The position numbers and the translations under genes were made by a program. The notes under the pieces are model-generated. The model was not told the origin of the DNA, did no database searches, and saw only the letters and a program-made list of their open reading frames with translations. Shown piece by piece: positions 27,002 to 41,110 of a stretch of 64,000 nucleotides of DNA. The stretch spans positions 8,432,001 through 8,496,000 of the forward strand of contig CM120640.1 in NCBI GenBank assembly GCA_051362555.1, in the 5' to 3' direction. The number at the start of each line of letters is the position of its first letter. Within the stretch, counting starts at the first letter, position 1. The stretch is from Lingula anatina (Eukaryota; Animalia; Brachiopoda).

Positions 27002-29971
27002 CACAAATGCACTGCAAACTTACGCATTTTCATTTTAATGATTCCAAATGTGATACACTGATCACGACTTCTGAACAAAATACAGGTGTCAGCAGTAGAG
27101 CTAATTTCAACCATTACTGACAGCCAGACAAAGATAAGTTAAGTAAATGTCCATGTTTGCTTTGCTGTTTTATTTGAAAGTCCACAGTCCATATTGATTG
27201 GAAATGCAATGAAGCCAGAATCAATATTGTATTTTTTGAAGACAAAATGAGCATGTAAAGCATGCTGTTTCTGTCAGAATCACGAAACATAATCAGTATT
27301 AATGGAGAAAAAAGATAACATAATTAACTCAATCTGTATCCGTACTGGCAGACTTCCTCAGATGCTTAGATAAGCTTAGCGGCATACATGAATAACTATG
27401 ATATTACAAATAGAACACAAAGTTAGTAACTGAAGAAATAACCAACTTGGCTAGATAAAATCATGTCAAACTGATCACTTTCAAAGAAGTAACTCATCAC
27501 ATGAACAAAAATGTTAGGGACATTTAAAAAAGGAAAAACATGGCTTTAATCTTTGAAATATGTTTCAACATCAACAGCACATAAAATGGCTATTCACTAA
27601 CCTACACAGTCATGTTTAATACAACCATCAAAACATTTTTAAGGTTTATCTTCAACTTAACCAAACATTCTGATTCTCTTTTCCATAATTTACCAAGTTC
27701 TCACAAAGACATCTAGGTATATAAACCTGGTGACTATTTTACCTCAATGCCTACTCAGACAATAAATGCACATATTTTGCAGCATTGTCTGTAACATACC
27801 TTCCTTTCTGTTTTTATTTATTTTATTTAATTATTAAAGTATACTGAAATATTTTCTTCATCTTAATTGACAGTATCTGAATTATCTTAATCTGAATTAA
27901 CAGCATGTAAACGGGCCCTTCAGAACTAAAACAGTTAATAAAAAGGAGAGGATATTGCATTTCTCTAGTTAATATACAAGTGTAGCAGAAACTGGGCATC
28001 TAATGCGTATATCATTTGAAAAAGATACAAACAATCCTAAATACCTCAATTTCTGATGCAAATTAACAGGGTTGCCATAGCAACCAAGGTTTTGGCATTA
28101 TCTCACAAAGTAAACATAACCCACCCTTAAACTCCGAGGTTACAAGATGCTATTTTCCAGCTATGTGCATGCCTCTGCCACTTCAAGTAATAGTGGTGGT
28201 TAGTTACCAATAAACTGTGAAACTCAGGGTATCATACCTGACAACTGAGGTAGTGCTCGAATATATATATCTAAAATGAAACTTTACCACATCAAACCAA
28301 TTTTCTTCCACAATTGTACCTCCCTGTCATAAATGCACCAGTGCTGCAGAGCAAATTGGAGAACTTCCAGTTCAGAATGCTCATTAAAAACTGAGCAGCA
28401 ACATGGCCATGTATGTTTGCATGCAGTTCAGTAATATTAGTTTCATTTGTGGTAGGAAAGATATATGTCACAGTCACGCTATAAACAACTGCTTTTCTGA
28501 AAAAAAAGATAAACTGCTGCTACACTTTTTATGACTGTTGCCATACATTGTTTTCAATCACCATAAAGGCACTATGAGCAAAACTATTTTTTCTTACCAG
28601 TAGATAGTAAATTTTAGCACCTGTAAAAATTCTGTAAAAATATAATCCAGTGATAATGGTCATTTATAAATGAATTCAAGCATGTAAGCACATCTAAACA
28701 ATATAAAAATGAGAGTGACACTTGGGAAGAAACTGCAATATTAGTTAGGAGGGGGATCCTTTAAAAAAAAAACAAACAAACAAACAAACAAAAAAACATG
28801 GTTTTTTAATTTACATATCAAATAGCAATAGATCAGTGATGGATCAACTGAAAATTAACATTGTTCTACCAAGGTAAAGGATGTTCTACACCATAAAATC
28901 CATAAATACCTGTAACTCAAATTACTTTCTTCACCAGAGGCAATGGAAGAACTGACAGAAATCCTGGGTAAGATCTTCAGATGTGATGGCCTCCTTTCCT
29001 GGTTGGCAGGGTCTGTGCCATAGCTGCTCATTGTCACACATTTGTGCTCATAATGTTCCTGCAATGACAAGGCAAGGAGATCTCAGTAAGGCTTGGATGA
29101 CATTTTTTACCAAACTGTACAGTATATAACCACTGAAACTCAAGATGGCCAATTTATGAAAGTTGGAAATTTAAGTTCTCAGTGATTGGGGACTTCAATT
29201 ACTCAAATTAAAACTTGTTGTTCCATACCTCAGTAGTGGGATGTTCAGGTAGCAATATACTACTTTATAAACCGAGGTGTATTTCTCAAGTGACGTCTAC
29301 AGTTGATAAAAAATTCATTCTTATTATATATCTGTATCATCTTACACTCTGAAATACCAATGATATAATAATAATGATACATAGACACTGGTTGTCTCTG
29401 GTGATGACACCACACAAAGAGGATTAACCAACTAATGCTATGTCTCCATGGATATTATTCATTAATCTTTGACAGGAGTTTTGGTATTACCTATATTATG
29501 CTATATGCAAACAAATTGGCCTTGCATCTGTGCTCTTGAGCAGAGTCAACCAAATTAATAGACCAGTTTATGTTGCCAGAGACTGAATCAATAAATGCGA
29601 CAACTGATGGAGTTAATTTGCTATCATTAAATGAGCACATTCATAAAAAGTGGCTACATTTAGTTGGTAAAAGCCTATCTCATTTTATTAAAAGCTTTGA
29701 CACTAAAGCCCGAGTTAAGAAAAAGGGCTGTAAATGGCAGTTTGCTTGATTACAAACAACATAGTTGCAATTTACTTCAGACAAATGTTTTCACATTTCT
29801 GTTTTTCATTCATTCATCTATTTTCTATCTATGAAGTTAATTAACAGTCATCAAAACACACTAATTAATATTGGGCAGTGTCAAAGTTCTGATGCGTTCT
29901 TTGTGCAACAGGGTTAAATAATTCCAATATTATCATTTAAATAAACATAATATACTAGAAATATTTATCTA

Positions 29972-30131
29972 TGTAACTCACTTGACTTCTGTTTAAGTTG
30001 AGTTTTCAATGTAGGTGTGACTCAGTTGTGCTGTGGTTGAGTTAAAACCAATTCAACATAAGCACAACCGAATCTCACCTATAGCAATTGATACAACCCA
30101 AAGCAATCATCACCAGGTGGAGAGGGTTACA
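29972..30131. repeat. Imperfect palindrome / decayed foldback element with TGTAAC...GTTACA ends
   Basis: TAGGTGTGACTCAGTTGTGCTGTGGTTGAGTT pairs with AATTCAACATAAGCACAACCGAATCTCACCTA around a short loop near 30045. Confidence 0.6.
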
Positions 30132-32835
30132 TGCATGTGCATTAAGACATTGTATTATGGGCAATGAAAAATGCATAACTTAGCAAATATTGGTATATTT
30201 TGTTGCATTACTTTCATCACTTCCTTGTTATTCACAAAATCCCTAGCTATTATCAGTGAGCAGAACAGAAATTACAGAAATGCCTAACTTCATCATAAAG
30301 AACAGCAATCAAAAGAAATAAAATTCTTGATGTTTATCACAACCATCCATATCAAATATCCCAACAGATGAAGATATTGGTCTCATCAAATGCATACCCA
30401 GCTACACTGAGGTCATAGATGACAACTACTATGTCCTGTGAAATACATCCTTTACTTTATGCATCACATTTTTGGTGTTTGTCATTTTTTGGAAAATCAA
30501 TCATATTAACTTAAAAAAAAAAAAACAGAGAAAAAATCATAATGTAGGCAATTCTTAAAGGCAGGCAATGTGATTACACTAATGTGTAGAGATAGGATTG
30601 AAGCAAAAAATCTGATAACATTTATGTTGCCGGAAAATTTCTTATTTTGCTTATTTAAACTAATTTCAGTTGAAATTAGGCTGTTTGAACCCACAAAATA
30701 AAAATTGAGAAAACAAACAATACATATTAGCATTTCTTTGCTCACCCAGAAGTATGGAGTCTGAGTCACTATCTGAGGCTGGTTTTTCTCGTGCCAACAA
30801 CAAAAGCTCAATCAGAACAAGACAAGTCAGTCTCATACAAGTATGTTTTTAAAACTCTTAATATCATTTGTTTGAAAGCATTTAACATAAATGCAATTGT
30901 GGATCACAATAACATTTCATAATAGATATGTAGCACATTTTTGGTCTATTTTTCTATGGAAATTCAAAACAAGTTTGTGGAAATAAACTACTGATTTTCC
31001 ACATTCCAACTTTTTTCAATTTTTTTTCCAATGGTCCACCCAACTGCCAACACAGACCATTTGAGTGCTTCTTTTCTTGTCTCTCACCAATTTTTGGGTT
31101 TTTCTACTGTTTTCTTTCTACTTCATTTAGCACCATGCTCGCCACATTTTTTCTGCATCTTCATCTTGGAACTTATAGTAACATCTGGTTCTCAGGTAGA
31201 GTACTTCATTAATGAGAAACTGCATGACTTCAGAAGCTGTCCTGGAGATGAGAGCTTGCAATTCCAGACAAGGTCATCCAAAATTATCATATAGAACTTC
31301 AAAATGGTTGGATAAGGCATACCTTGGTGTTTATTGGAAAATAGTTTCTGGGAAATTTATTTATTTATTTTTTTTTCCTACACAGAGGTCTAACACATGT
31401 TGTTTGTCTTTAAGTGCATATGAATTCAATACATAAAAGAAGAACATGTTGTCAAAGTCCAAATTTAAGAGAATTGTGTGTATTCAAGTCATACAATTAG
31501 TACACAAAAACCAATATTAAAAAAATATATATAAATAAAATTACCATTAATATTGGTTTTGTCTTATAATGTTAAGCATTCATAACCCAAACAATGACTA
31601 ATCAACTGAAAAAAAATGCAAGCATAAAGCAAATGATTTTCTTTTACAAATGCATTCTTCATTTCTTTAGGAAATCCTTTAGTGCTAATCAATCTTTGCC
31701 TAATGACCAAACAATTGTGCTCAATCAGTTTGGAAAAAGAGGCTTTGCTTGTCAGTTTGGAAGGATATGTTAATTTCTATGTTATATGGGAAAGCCATTA
31801 CCAAAACATATCCAAAGTAAGTGCAATATAATTTGAGGTGGCCAGAATCATGTTGAATAACCATATGATCTAAATGCGCTATTTTACTGAAACATGTTTT
31901 AACATTTTAATAAAATATTTAATCATTTGAAGAGATCTTAAATAAAAGATGAAAAGTAAAACATTATGTACCATTTACTTCATAATCTGAAGTTTTAAGC
32001 ACAAAACCCGATTTAGATCACAAAATCCATAAAAGCACAGGCCTGTACAAGCACACCAAGTTGGGGGGATATACCCGACTAAAATAAGGCTGATTGGAAT
32101 AAATTGGATTAAATTACTGGTTGGTTATTTTTTGCTGCCATATGCAATAATGGTCTCTCCAGTTTTTAAATGAAAATATATAACAAAACATCCCTCATGA
32201 ACAAACTAAGATGCTATATTTGATTGCTCTTTACAGAAAAAAAAGTTAACATATTGAACTGTTGTAGCAGCCTTGGAAATAAAGCTAGAGAGTTTTTTTT
32301 TAAGTTCAATGAACTATGATGTGCACTTAATTCCCAATCCAAATGATTATTGCAATCAGATTATGTTTATGGACTGTCAGATGCAATTGCTATTCCACAC
32401 CTTTTCATGTGTCACTGTCTCAACTTGTTTATTGTGATGTGTTTATTATGTCATATAGAGGTAATGTGGATATGGAGGTGGCTGATAATAAATACCCGTG
32501 AAGCAGTCGAGACAATTCCAATATTTGCTATAACATTGTTGTCTCTTGTACAGCAATGGTACATATTTTAAATTAAATAAGTGATTAAAGATCCTGCAAA
32601 TGCCCACCCCCATCAATGATGACATCCTAACTTCCACAGCTCACACATTGCTTACTCTCTTAAGAAATTATTTAATTATGATACTGTACCCTTTTACCAG
32701 ATTAAATGTTGAACACTTGAGCAATATGTTAGATTTGAATTAGTGGGCAGACCTTTTGAATTCTGTAGATAATATTTATTAATACAAGGGCAGTTTATGA
32801 ATAGGCAAGTCAAAACTTTAAAATGTTTCAATTTA

Positions 32836-33136
32836 GGGGCCATTCAGAATGAAAAGAGCCGAGTGCTAGCTGGTCCATGGCCTTATATGGTGGACCTACA
32901 TGAAAGGAAGACTGCTTAATCCTGTAATGGTCTCTCTACCTCTCACACACCTCCCTACGCGTCGTCCCTCAACCAGTCGAATTGAGATTTAATTACAATG
33001 CCCCTGCAGGGACAATGCGTGGGGAGGCGTGAAAGAGGCGGAGAGACCACTACAGGATTTTAGTGGTCTTCCTTTCATGCGGGTCCGCCATATTTAGACC
33101 AGCTAGCACTCAGCTCTTCTCATTCTGAATGGCCCC
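32836..33136. mobile_element. Tourist/PIF-Harbinger-like foldback MITE
   Basis: GGGGCCATTCAGAATGA...TCATTCTGAATGGCCCC with arms pairing over most of the element; TSD TTA (32833-32835, 33137-33139). Confidence 0.88.
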
Positions 33137-33173
33137 TTATACATGTAGTCCCACCTCCAATCTTCTAACCTAA

Positions 33174-33462
33174 CCCTTAGCAGAAAATCAGGCAGCCGCA
33201 AAATCTCTCGCAATTTGCAAAAATTAATGTGAATATTTTCACACAAACTTTAACCAAGTTATGATGTTCTTGCATATTTGTTGATAATTAAGACTTCCTT
33301 GCAAAACTGCTGCAAAGTTAAGATGTTCTTGCTGCAAATAAGCAGCAATACAAAATTTTCTTGCAACCCCCTGCAAACTGGTTGCCCCAAACTTTTAGTT
33401 TGCAGCAAATTTGCTGCAATAGGGCAGTCATATTGTGGCAAACTTTTCATTCTGCTATAAGG
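33174..33462. mobile_element. Decayed non-autonomous DNA transposon with TGCAGCAA/TTGCTGCA subterminal motifs (EnSpm/CACTA-like)
   Basis: Imperfect ends CCCTTAGCAGAA / TTCTGCTATAAGG; many GCAA/TTGC motifs in both orientations. Confidence 0.45.
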
Positions 33463-35689
33463 AAAATCCTCCGACCAGCACATTACTTCTAAATTCAATT
33501 GTTATCAGATTGCTGAATGGCATTTATAACTCAAATCCCACTGCATTCCAAGATTAGGTAAAAGTAGGGTTGATGTTGTAAAACTATCTTCCTTGGAAGT
33601 ATCGACTCTTGCAAACGATCACCCTGCCAGCCTACCAGTAGGCTCAGTCCAGGTACATGTTTACTCCTGAAAGGTAGAACTTAGCTACATATATGATGAC
33701 GTGTATGATGTATGAGTTCTGACGGGCCTGGCATTATGTGCATAGGTATAACTCATAATATCCAAAAACATTTTGGCTTAAGAAAAAAATTTTGATATAT
33801 ATCTCTAGCTGTAATATCACATAATCTTCCTAGGACCTTTTGAACATGGCATCATCATGTTATTTCCATCCTGTGGCAAATTTGACCCAAGTAACAATTA
33901 AGAATAGCAAGTCAGCTTAAAGGAGATAATGATTTAAAATTCTTCCAAGACCTGATGATACACCTACTGAAAACTCGTTAAAAGGAGAAATGACCATTAA
34001 TGTACTAGTGTATGGGCAAGAAATGCCCTGAAGTGATGTCAGTACAAATTGTCCATTTTACACTTCCTGGTTGTGTTGGCTGTGAATGACAATTTAAATT
34101 TCAGTGTGTTTTTGATGCTCACAGTAGACAACAAATCGACTAGACTGAACATTACAAATTACTGATTACTCAGTTGATCACTTCACTTATTGCCTTGGGA
34201 TGCTTACCATTAAACATTTATACAGAAGATGATCACGCGCTCTCTTGCCACTGCACCTTACACTAACAACAAGCAGTGATAATCATCTGTAAATGTTTTA
34301 CCTCTTGGGAAAACCAAGCAACAGAGCATGTATGCAGAGTCAGCATTTGCATGCAGGCAGTCAAACACAGATGAAACAAGTACATGCAAAGACCTTGGTA
34401 TATATATAATAATAATAATAATCAATGTATTGCATAGGTGGTTGCAACTGCAGGGCATTTTACAGGGAATATGTTTCATTTGGGTTGATATAATCACGCT
34501 TCAGAGGCAAAAAATCCATTTTATGGGTGGATTTTTAAATGGAAAGAAAAATATCGATAAAAGATTAAACTATTTTGAACCACAATACTCAAGTCACAGT
34601 AGAGAAAATCAGACACATACTGTTCAGAAATCATATCAGACATACATGTACGTCCTGTAATACAAAACTTACTTCAACATCTAGAATTAGAACAGGCCCC
34701 ATCTCTGCTGTGTCTGTCAGTCAGCCCTCAGTTTGTGAAAGATCAAAAGGATCAGGGTGTCATGTGTCTGTGAACAGGGAGTCATGTGCCCCTTTGTGAT
34801 CAGGCCACCTTGGCCTACAGGTGAACACTGATCACTCTCACTGAACAGGTAATAGAGAGGCCATGTACTTTTTGGTAAGCCAGGTAGGATGCATGAAGTG
34901 GCCACTCATTACTCTGTTGCTGACCAATAACAGTTGATGAAAGTTCAACTGGAGTTAGTAGTCCTTAATCTTTTTTTGCTTATATCTTTTTCTCTGTGAG
35001 GCTTGTCACATATCCTTTTGTTAAATAATAAAATTGATAACCTTGCTTAAAAATTGCATCTTTACTTGAAATGAGAAATGATGGAAATGTTGGATTTTAA
35101 AAACAGGAAAGGATATTTATGACTTAATTCGAAACTTGATAGGGAGATGGTAGGGACAAGAACAGGGAAATTTGTAAATCACATATCCAAATCCTTTATG
35201 GTGTCCTTTTAATGGCATTTGTTACAGTGGACAAAAGGCAGCCATTCTCTTAGTGTTCTAATGTGAAATGCCAAATCCAAAGTAAAGTAAGTGGTTCTAA
35301 ATGGTAAATAGGTATAGACACTGACATTTGCTACATGAACCTAATGAGCTTGAGGTATCTATCTGCTAGAGAATATTATCAATACTCTCAGTTATGTCCA
35401 GATTCTGTATAACAAAATATGTCTTACAGTGAAAATTTCAGAATTCTTAAAAATGCCCATAGTTTAACAATACTTTCTTGGCATTGGTGGCACCATTAGA
35501 ATCAAAATGTGAAGTTTTTTTTAAATCTGATATAGAATATCAAACCTTGTGAGAAAATTATTTAGTAGGTTATTTGCAAGTGATCCAAGTATTAATAGCT
35601 ATATTAAAGGAGGTTATCAAAGTATGATGTCTGATGAAGTTAATGAGTGATAGATGGACCCCATTAAGGATCAAACAAATCTTAAATTC

Positions 35690-36125
35690 TCCATGGTAGT
35701 CTGCATCACACTCTGAAGGATCTCAAGGTATAACCAAACATATCTGTACCAAATTTTCTCAGGGTTCCTTGTTGAGATGCCGGCTACTTGTAGATTATAA
35801 AACCAAGACCTGGACATGGATTTCCAAATAATTTTCATGTTTAGTTAAGTGATTTAGTGATCCATAATTGTATGCGAAGTCAAAACCCAAATTATGATCT
35901 TATGCCTGAAAATGTCAAGGTGCACAACTCAGACCTAATTACTTTTCTCTAAGCTCTTTATTGAGATTTGTAGACAACCTTTACATGTTAAAACACCAAG
36001 ACCTGAACCAGGATTTCAAAATGTTTAGTCATGTCCAATATAACTTTGGCAGTTTAGTGAAGTCATTATTTTTAGTGAAGTCAATAGGCAAATGATGATC
36101 TTATGTCTGAAAATGTCAAGTTTGA
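35690..36125 (+). repeat. Diverged ~200-bp tandem core repeats, related to the element at 10700-11085
   Basis: ACCAAGACCTG...GGATTTC...GAAGTCAA...ATGATCTTATG(C/T)CTGAAAATGTCAAG occurs twice; CAAGGTGCACAACT is shared with ~10722. Confidence 0.6.
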
Positions 36126-37419
36126 TAAAAAAAACAGAAAATATTTTACAGCAAGAAAAAACTGATACATAGCCACTCTACCTGAGAATAAAAAAAGCTG
36201 TATCTTGACATCTTTTCAGAGCAATGGTCAGAATACGTGTTGGTCACTAGCTGATCAGCTGCTTATACCAGCACACTTGGAACCAGTCAAATATTTTTAT
36301 GACACTTTTCTGTCACAACAAACTGCATGCATCAATGGTTATACACACAGCTGCACTTATACAACTTTATCCAGAATGCTGAAACTCTTATTCTGGCACG
36401 TTATTTAACTTTCAACAAGCCCAGAACTGGGATAAAAGAACAAATCTTGTGAAAACTTAAATTACCTGAATGAACTCTGCATCAATACCTCCAATGTTAT
36501 TGTATCACAACCTGCATTGCCAGTGTGAAAGGTGCAGGGTATTACAGGCAGTGCACACAAACAATACTTCCATCGTTGACGTAAAACTGCTGAATGTCTT
36601 TCTCAAATTCTGTACTACTGAATGGATTGATAATTCAGGTCCAGAGTCATAATCCCGAAAAGGCTCTGTGCGTCAGACCAAAACCACTGAGAAATAAGCT
36701 TTCAAATCTACCCTATGTATTAACCACAGGGGTTGTTGGCAAGTGCTACAACTGAAGCCAAGGTCGCTCATTATATTTCTGTTCAGTTGCAACATTATCC
36801 AGTTTTAAACTGTTTAGGAGTTTTTGGTATAAGCACAAACATCAGATAACATATCTATTAAGAAAGCATGCGAAGTGTGGATGTCTGGTTTTGTGTTTAA
36901 GGGCACTCCAAGGTGAAAAAATGAATAGAAACTGTTAAGTTCAATATATGTAATAGGAGAATGCATGCCTATTCATCAAAACCTAAATCAATGAGGCACA
37001 CACAAAAATGTCACATGGTCTTTATCGAAAAAGAATGAATGAAATGAGATACTGAATGGGTTGCTTTTTTCTAACTTCTTATCTTTCTCTATATTGAATG
37101 TGTATGTAGGGTACATACAGTACAGGAAAGTTTACCCAAACAGATATTTGTTTGAGCATCATTGACAATTTGATAACAGACTTTTAAAAAGTTAGCTAAA
37201 CAGATAATGAACAAATGTTATTTGTTTGTCATGAACTCGTATGTGCCACTTCTTCAATGCTGACATCCTTTAAACTATTTTGTTTTCCTAGAGGTCATTC
37301 TCAGTATCTTGCTAGCATATATGTTGACCATGGAATGTTTCAATGCAGCCAAGTATACAGAAATGGTATTATTACTTAATGATACTCCTCTAACATTCTC
37401 CATAACATGTACTAGCTAG

Positions 37420-37587
37420 CAGGGGTGGATTTAGGCCGTCTTCTGGGTCTTCTGGGAGACGGTCAGATTTTAAAGTTTACATTGACGGGTATCTAATATT
37501 TTCTGTCGGAAGACGGTCATAAATGGAGGATGGATTAACAAAAATAATTTGGAAGACTGTCAGAAAATATTTCTGGATCCGCCCATG
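37420..37587. mobile_element. MITE family A (168 bp), copy 2
   Basis: Same length, orientation and internal sequence as 823-990; 5-bp TSD GCTAG (37415-37419, 37588-37592). Confidence 0.9.
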
Positions 37588-37952
37588 GCTAGTACCACTT
37601 AGAAAACATGAATAAAATAGTTTCCATGGCAAAACATCTGACACCATGATAGGCCAAGATATACATACATTTTTTCACAGAGTAGGTAATTTGAGTGCAT
37701 AAAACAAATTTCCCCATTTTTCAGACCAATATCCATTATATTTTTTCCATTCAAAAGAAAAAGAATAGATAGGGTCAGCTATGCTTGTTAACCTACTTAT
37801 CAATTTTGTCTGGCCTAAGCAAGAGTTTTCTCCCTCTTGTTTGATCATGATTGAACAATTCCTACAAAACAGTCCATTAAATATTGATTTTTGTGGACAG
37901 GTTCACTGTCTCATATGAAATGACCCAGAGTGCTTCACATCACTTACTTTAC

Positions 37953-38089
37953 CATCTATCAGGCAACAGATTGAGTCCAATCCTCCTCCAGGTCTCCTGG
38001 TGATCAGTGAAGTTTGCCGCAAATAACTTACTGAACTTTTGCACCATCAGTTGAAAGTCGATTAAATCACATGTCTCTATGGACACCAT
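37953..38089 (-). CDS. Candidate PDE4 alternative first coding exon (MVSIETCDLIDFQLMVQKFSKLFAANFTDHQETWRRIGLNLLPDR)
   Basis: ATG at 38089, 45 codons, donor TG|GTAAAG after 37953, phase 2. An upstream acceptor (TTACAATTCAG) lies near 38175. Too short for the ORF track. Confidence 0.45.
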
Positions 38090-39014
38090 TCACTTCAGCA
38101 GATAGGAGCAGATTCTTCACATTTATTTGATTTTTGTCAATTTCAATTTCGATGGTTTCTTCATGCCTATCTCCTGAATTGTAAAATAACATTACGCGTA
38201 TGCCAAATAATTGTACTTGGTTATATATTTTATCAAAATATTTAGAAGATGAAAAAAAGAAGATGATTTTATCAGTTATAATTCGATAATGGATCCTTTA
38301 CCCATTAAGTTGCCATTATGTCTCCTTGTGTGCTGAGGAACCTCAAGGGGAAACTTAGCCATGGAAATAAAACCCCATACATCCCAGTGATGACATCTAC
38401 AATTTTCCCTGTGGATCTTTTAATGTAAATTGTATCGATTACTGAGAATTTACTTTGAAACATAATAATTAATTATTCAGGAACTACACAGGAAAAGTTG
38501 AATTTTATACCAGATAATATTTCCTGTGTCTGCTGTCCTTTACTTTGCATCAAAATAGCTCACTTTTTCCTCTTTCTAAAGCTCTGTGAAACAAACAGAA
38601 TTATTTCAATCTTTTCTTCACTTTTTTATTATTGAAAAGTAAAAACTGATATTTCTTGCATCTGAAAAGCCATATATCCATCCCTGACAACGAGCTGACA
38701 ATGTCCTTACAATACATGTGAGTACATTGGAGAGCAAGACGTGTAATTTAATAGATAAATGGGATTTCAAACCAAACAATATTTCTTTATGTTTTTTCTT
38801 AACTTTGTAACAATAACTTTGTATCAAAATAGACCATTCTTTTCCTCCTTCTAAAGCTGTATAAATTTGCTTCGAAATTTTTTCTTCTTTTTTTTTCATA
38901 ATGAGAAAAAAAGTAAAAATTGTTCTCTTGTTTGGTTTTTCATCTGAATATGTCAGTCAGCTGACAATGAGATAAGGTTTGTTTAATGGTACCTTAAAAC
39001 CTAATGGCCTGTAT

Positions 39015-39268
39015 CAAGCCTACCCACCCACCGAATGATCCCGAATTTACCGGTAGATCGGACCACACTACCCGTTTTCAAGATGTGTATCAGTACGCGC
39101 TTCGAAGTATCAGATGCGACACTGCTCTTGCCTAGTACGCGATGTGATAGTGATGATTCTCAGCGGGGTTGGAAAGTAGTGCATCTCATCTCAAAATTTG
39201 TTCTGGGGTCCGATCTACCGGTAAATTTGGGATCATTCGGTGCAGAGTCTGGTAGTTTGGTAGGCCTG
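39015..39268. mobile_element. MITE family B, copy 2 (opposite orientation, internally deleted)
   Basis: The core TGCTCTTGCCTAGTA...GTTGGAAAGTAGTGCATCTCATCTC is the reverse complement of the 3713-4031 core; 5-bp TSD TGTAT (39010-39014, 39269-39273). Confidence 0.9.
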
Positions 39269-40697
39269 TGTATTGAATCAGGGTGCCAGCTGCTGTTTTA
39301 GTCTGGTGCTACAGATCAGCAAGATGTCGCTGCATATTTTATGCAACAGGTTCACTTGAACTGCAAAATATAAATTTATCAACCAGCACAATAACAAGAT
39401 ACAGTTCGCTTCTACACCAGCTCCAAGTGTCTGCTTTTTGTCTTCTGATTTTTACTCTTCAAATTCAAACTCACTTAGGTAAGAAGTGGTCACTAGTAAT
39501 TAGGGTCTGTTGTTTGTATTTTCATATAAAAACTCATTTTAACTAATCCTGCCATTAGATTTGTCTCTTATTTGCCTCACTAACTACCATTTAGCACATT
39601 TTAATCAGAATGTACACTGCTATGCAATGGTTGACCAGTCCTATGTGACACAAACACTGATTCTTTAGCTGTCAGTAGCCAATCACTAAGTTAATGCTCT
39701 CTTTAGACTGAAATTAAACTTCAAACATTTTAAAAACAGAATAGAAATTTACTATTTAATTTGGAGAAAAGTTGGCATTGCTTTTATCACAAATGCCTCC
39801 CTTCTTTCAAAGAAATGTTCTTATTCATTTAGTTCTTTTGACTGGAGGCAAAATATACAACACAGAAATATTTTTTTCAAATTGTGGTTTCTGGAAAATG
39901 TTACACAATTACAAAAACATTTCTTCAAAACTTGTAATGTACCTATTTTTATGAGACAAAATCCTTGCTTGCAACATCAAACACCCAATACTTGAAGGCG
40001 CAATTCCATTAATAAATATAAATAATGAGACATCATCCATTAATTATGATTTCAACATTGTGAAATCTTTAACCTTCCTACCATATTTAACCTTTGCATC
40101 TTGAACTTTTCATGAAATACACAGTATGCAGTTAAAAAAAAAACTAATGAAAATGTGCAATTGCAAACAATTCAAAGTGATTAAAACCCTTTTCACTTAC
40201 CCTCTGAAAACTCATTTCATCTACATAGATAGGATGAACAATTTGTAACTTTTCAATACACTGCACTCTATTTTATATGAGGAAAAAAAGCTTCATTATT
40301 GGTCAATGGCAAGATACCATTTAGCTCGAGATGCCTTCCAAACCCTAGGGTGCTTTATTCAGTCTCCATGGCTACATTTAAAAAATCATCTCGGAGTAGA
40401 ATCAGTGTTCTATCGATGTTCCATTCAAGTTCACTTGCTGTTTCTTGGAAGAGACAATACTAAACTAATTAAGATAGGGACAGATTATCAACTCTCAGAT
40501 CTTCTTGTCTCACTCAGTGTCAGTCTGATCACAAATCAGTTTGGATACCATTTTCAAATTAATTCGTAAATGGGTATAATTAAAAAAAAAACTCATATGA
40601 AACTTGGGTCCTGACTCAACCTGGTACTTTAACCAACTGAAACATTCCCAAATATGTTGTGCCATTTCTTAGTATGGAAATGTGTCAAATAATAGGA

Positions 40698-40825
40698 ATG
40701 GTGTGATTAATCCAAAAGGTGTTTTTACATCTGAATGGTGCGATCAATCCAATTGGTTTCTATATGAGTATGGTGAGATCAATCCAACATGTGTTTTTGG
40801 AGATGGTAAAATTAATCCAACATTT
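40698..40825. repeat. Minisatellite, ~33-37-bp unit x4
   Basis: Recurring ATGGT(G/A)NRAT(C/T)AATCCAA core. Confidence 0.7.
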
Positions 40826-41110
40826 AAGGTTTTCACTGCTGAATTTCAGGAATTCTAAAAACAAAAATGACTTTTCTTTGAAACTAATAAATAAATCTTG
40901 TTTAAACTTTTTGGCATATCTGCACATTACTGTATATAACAGACTATATCAGATAATTCAACTCCTCAGATAATTCAAGCAAATGGCCTTTTCATAAATG
41001 AGTGACCATTATTAATTCTGTTGCTATTTTTCATATTGACAAAGTTTATGTACTAAAAACATACATGCTCAAATAATGTTGTTTAGTTTTTGTTTGTGGG
41101 CAAAATTATT

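Noticed and set aside
39035-39301. 88-aa ORF (and 3669-3923)
   Set aside because: Lies within MITE family B; no transposase motifs.
40698-40825. Regularly spaced ~35-bp repeats superficially like a CRISPR array
   Set aside because: Eukaryotic context, degenerate repeats, related spacers and no cas genes: a minisatellite.
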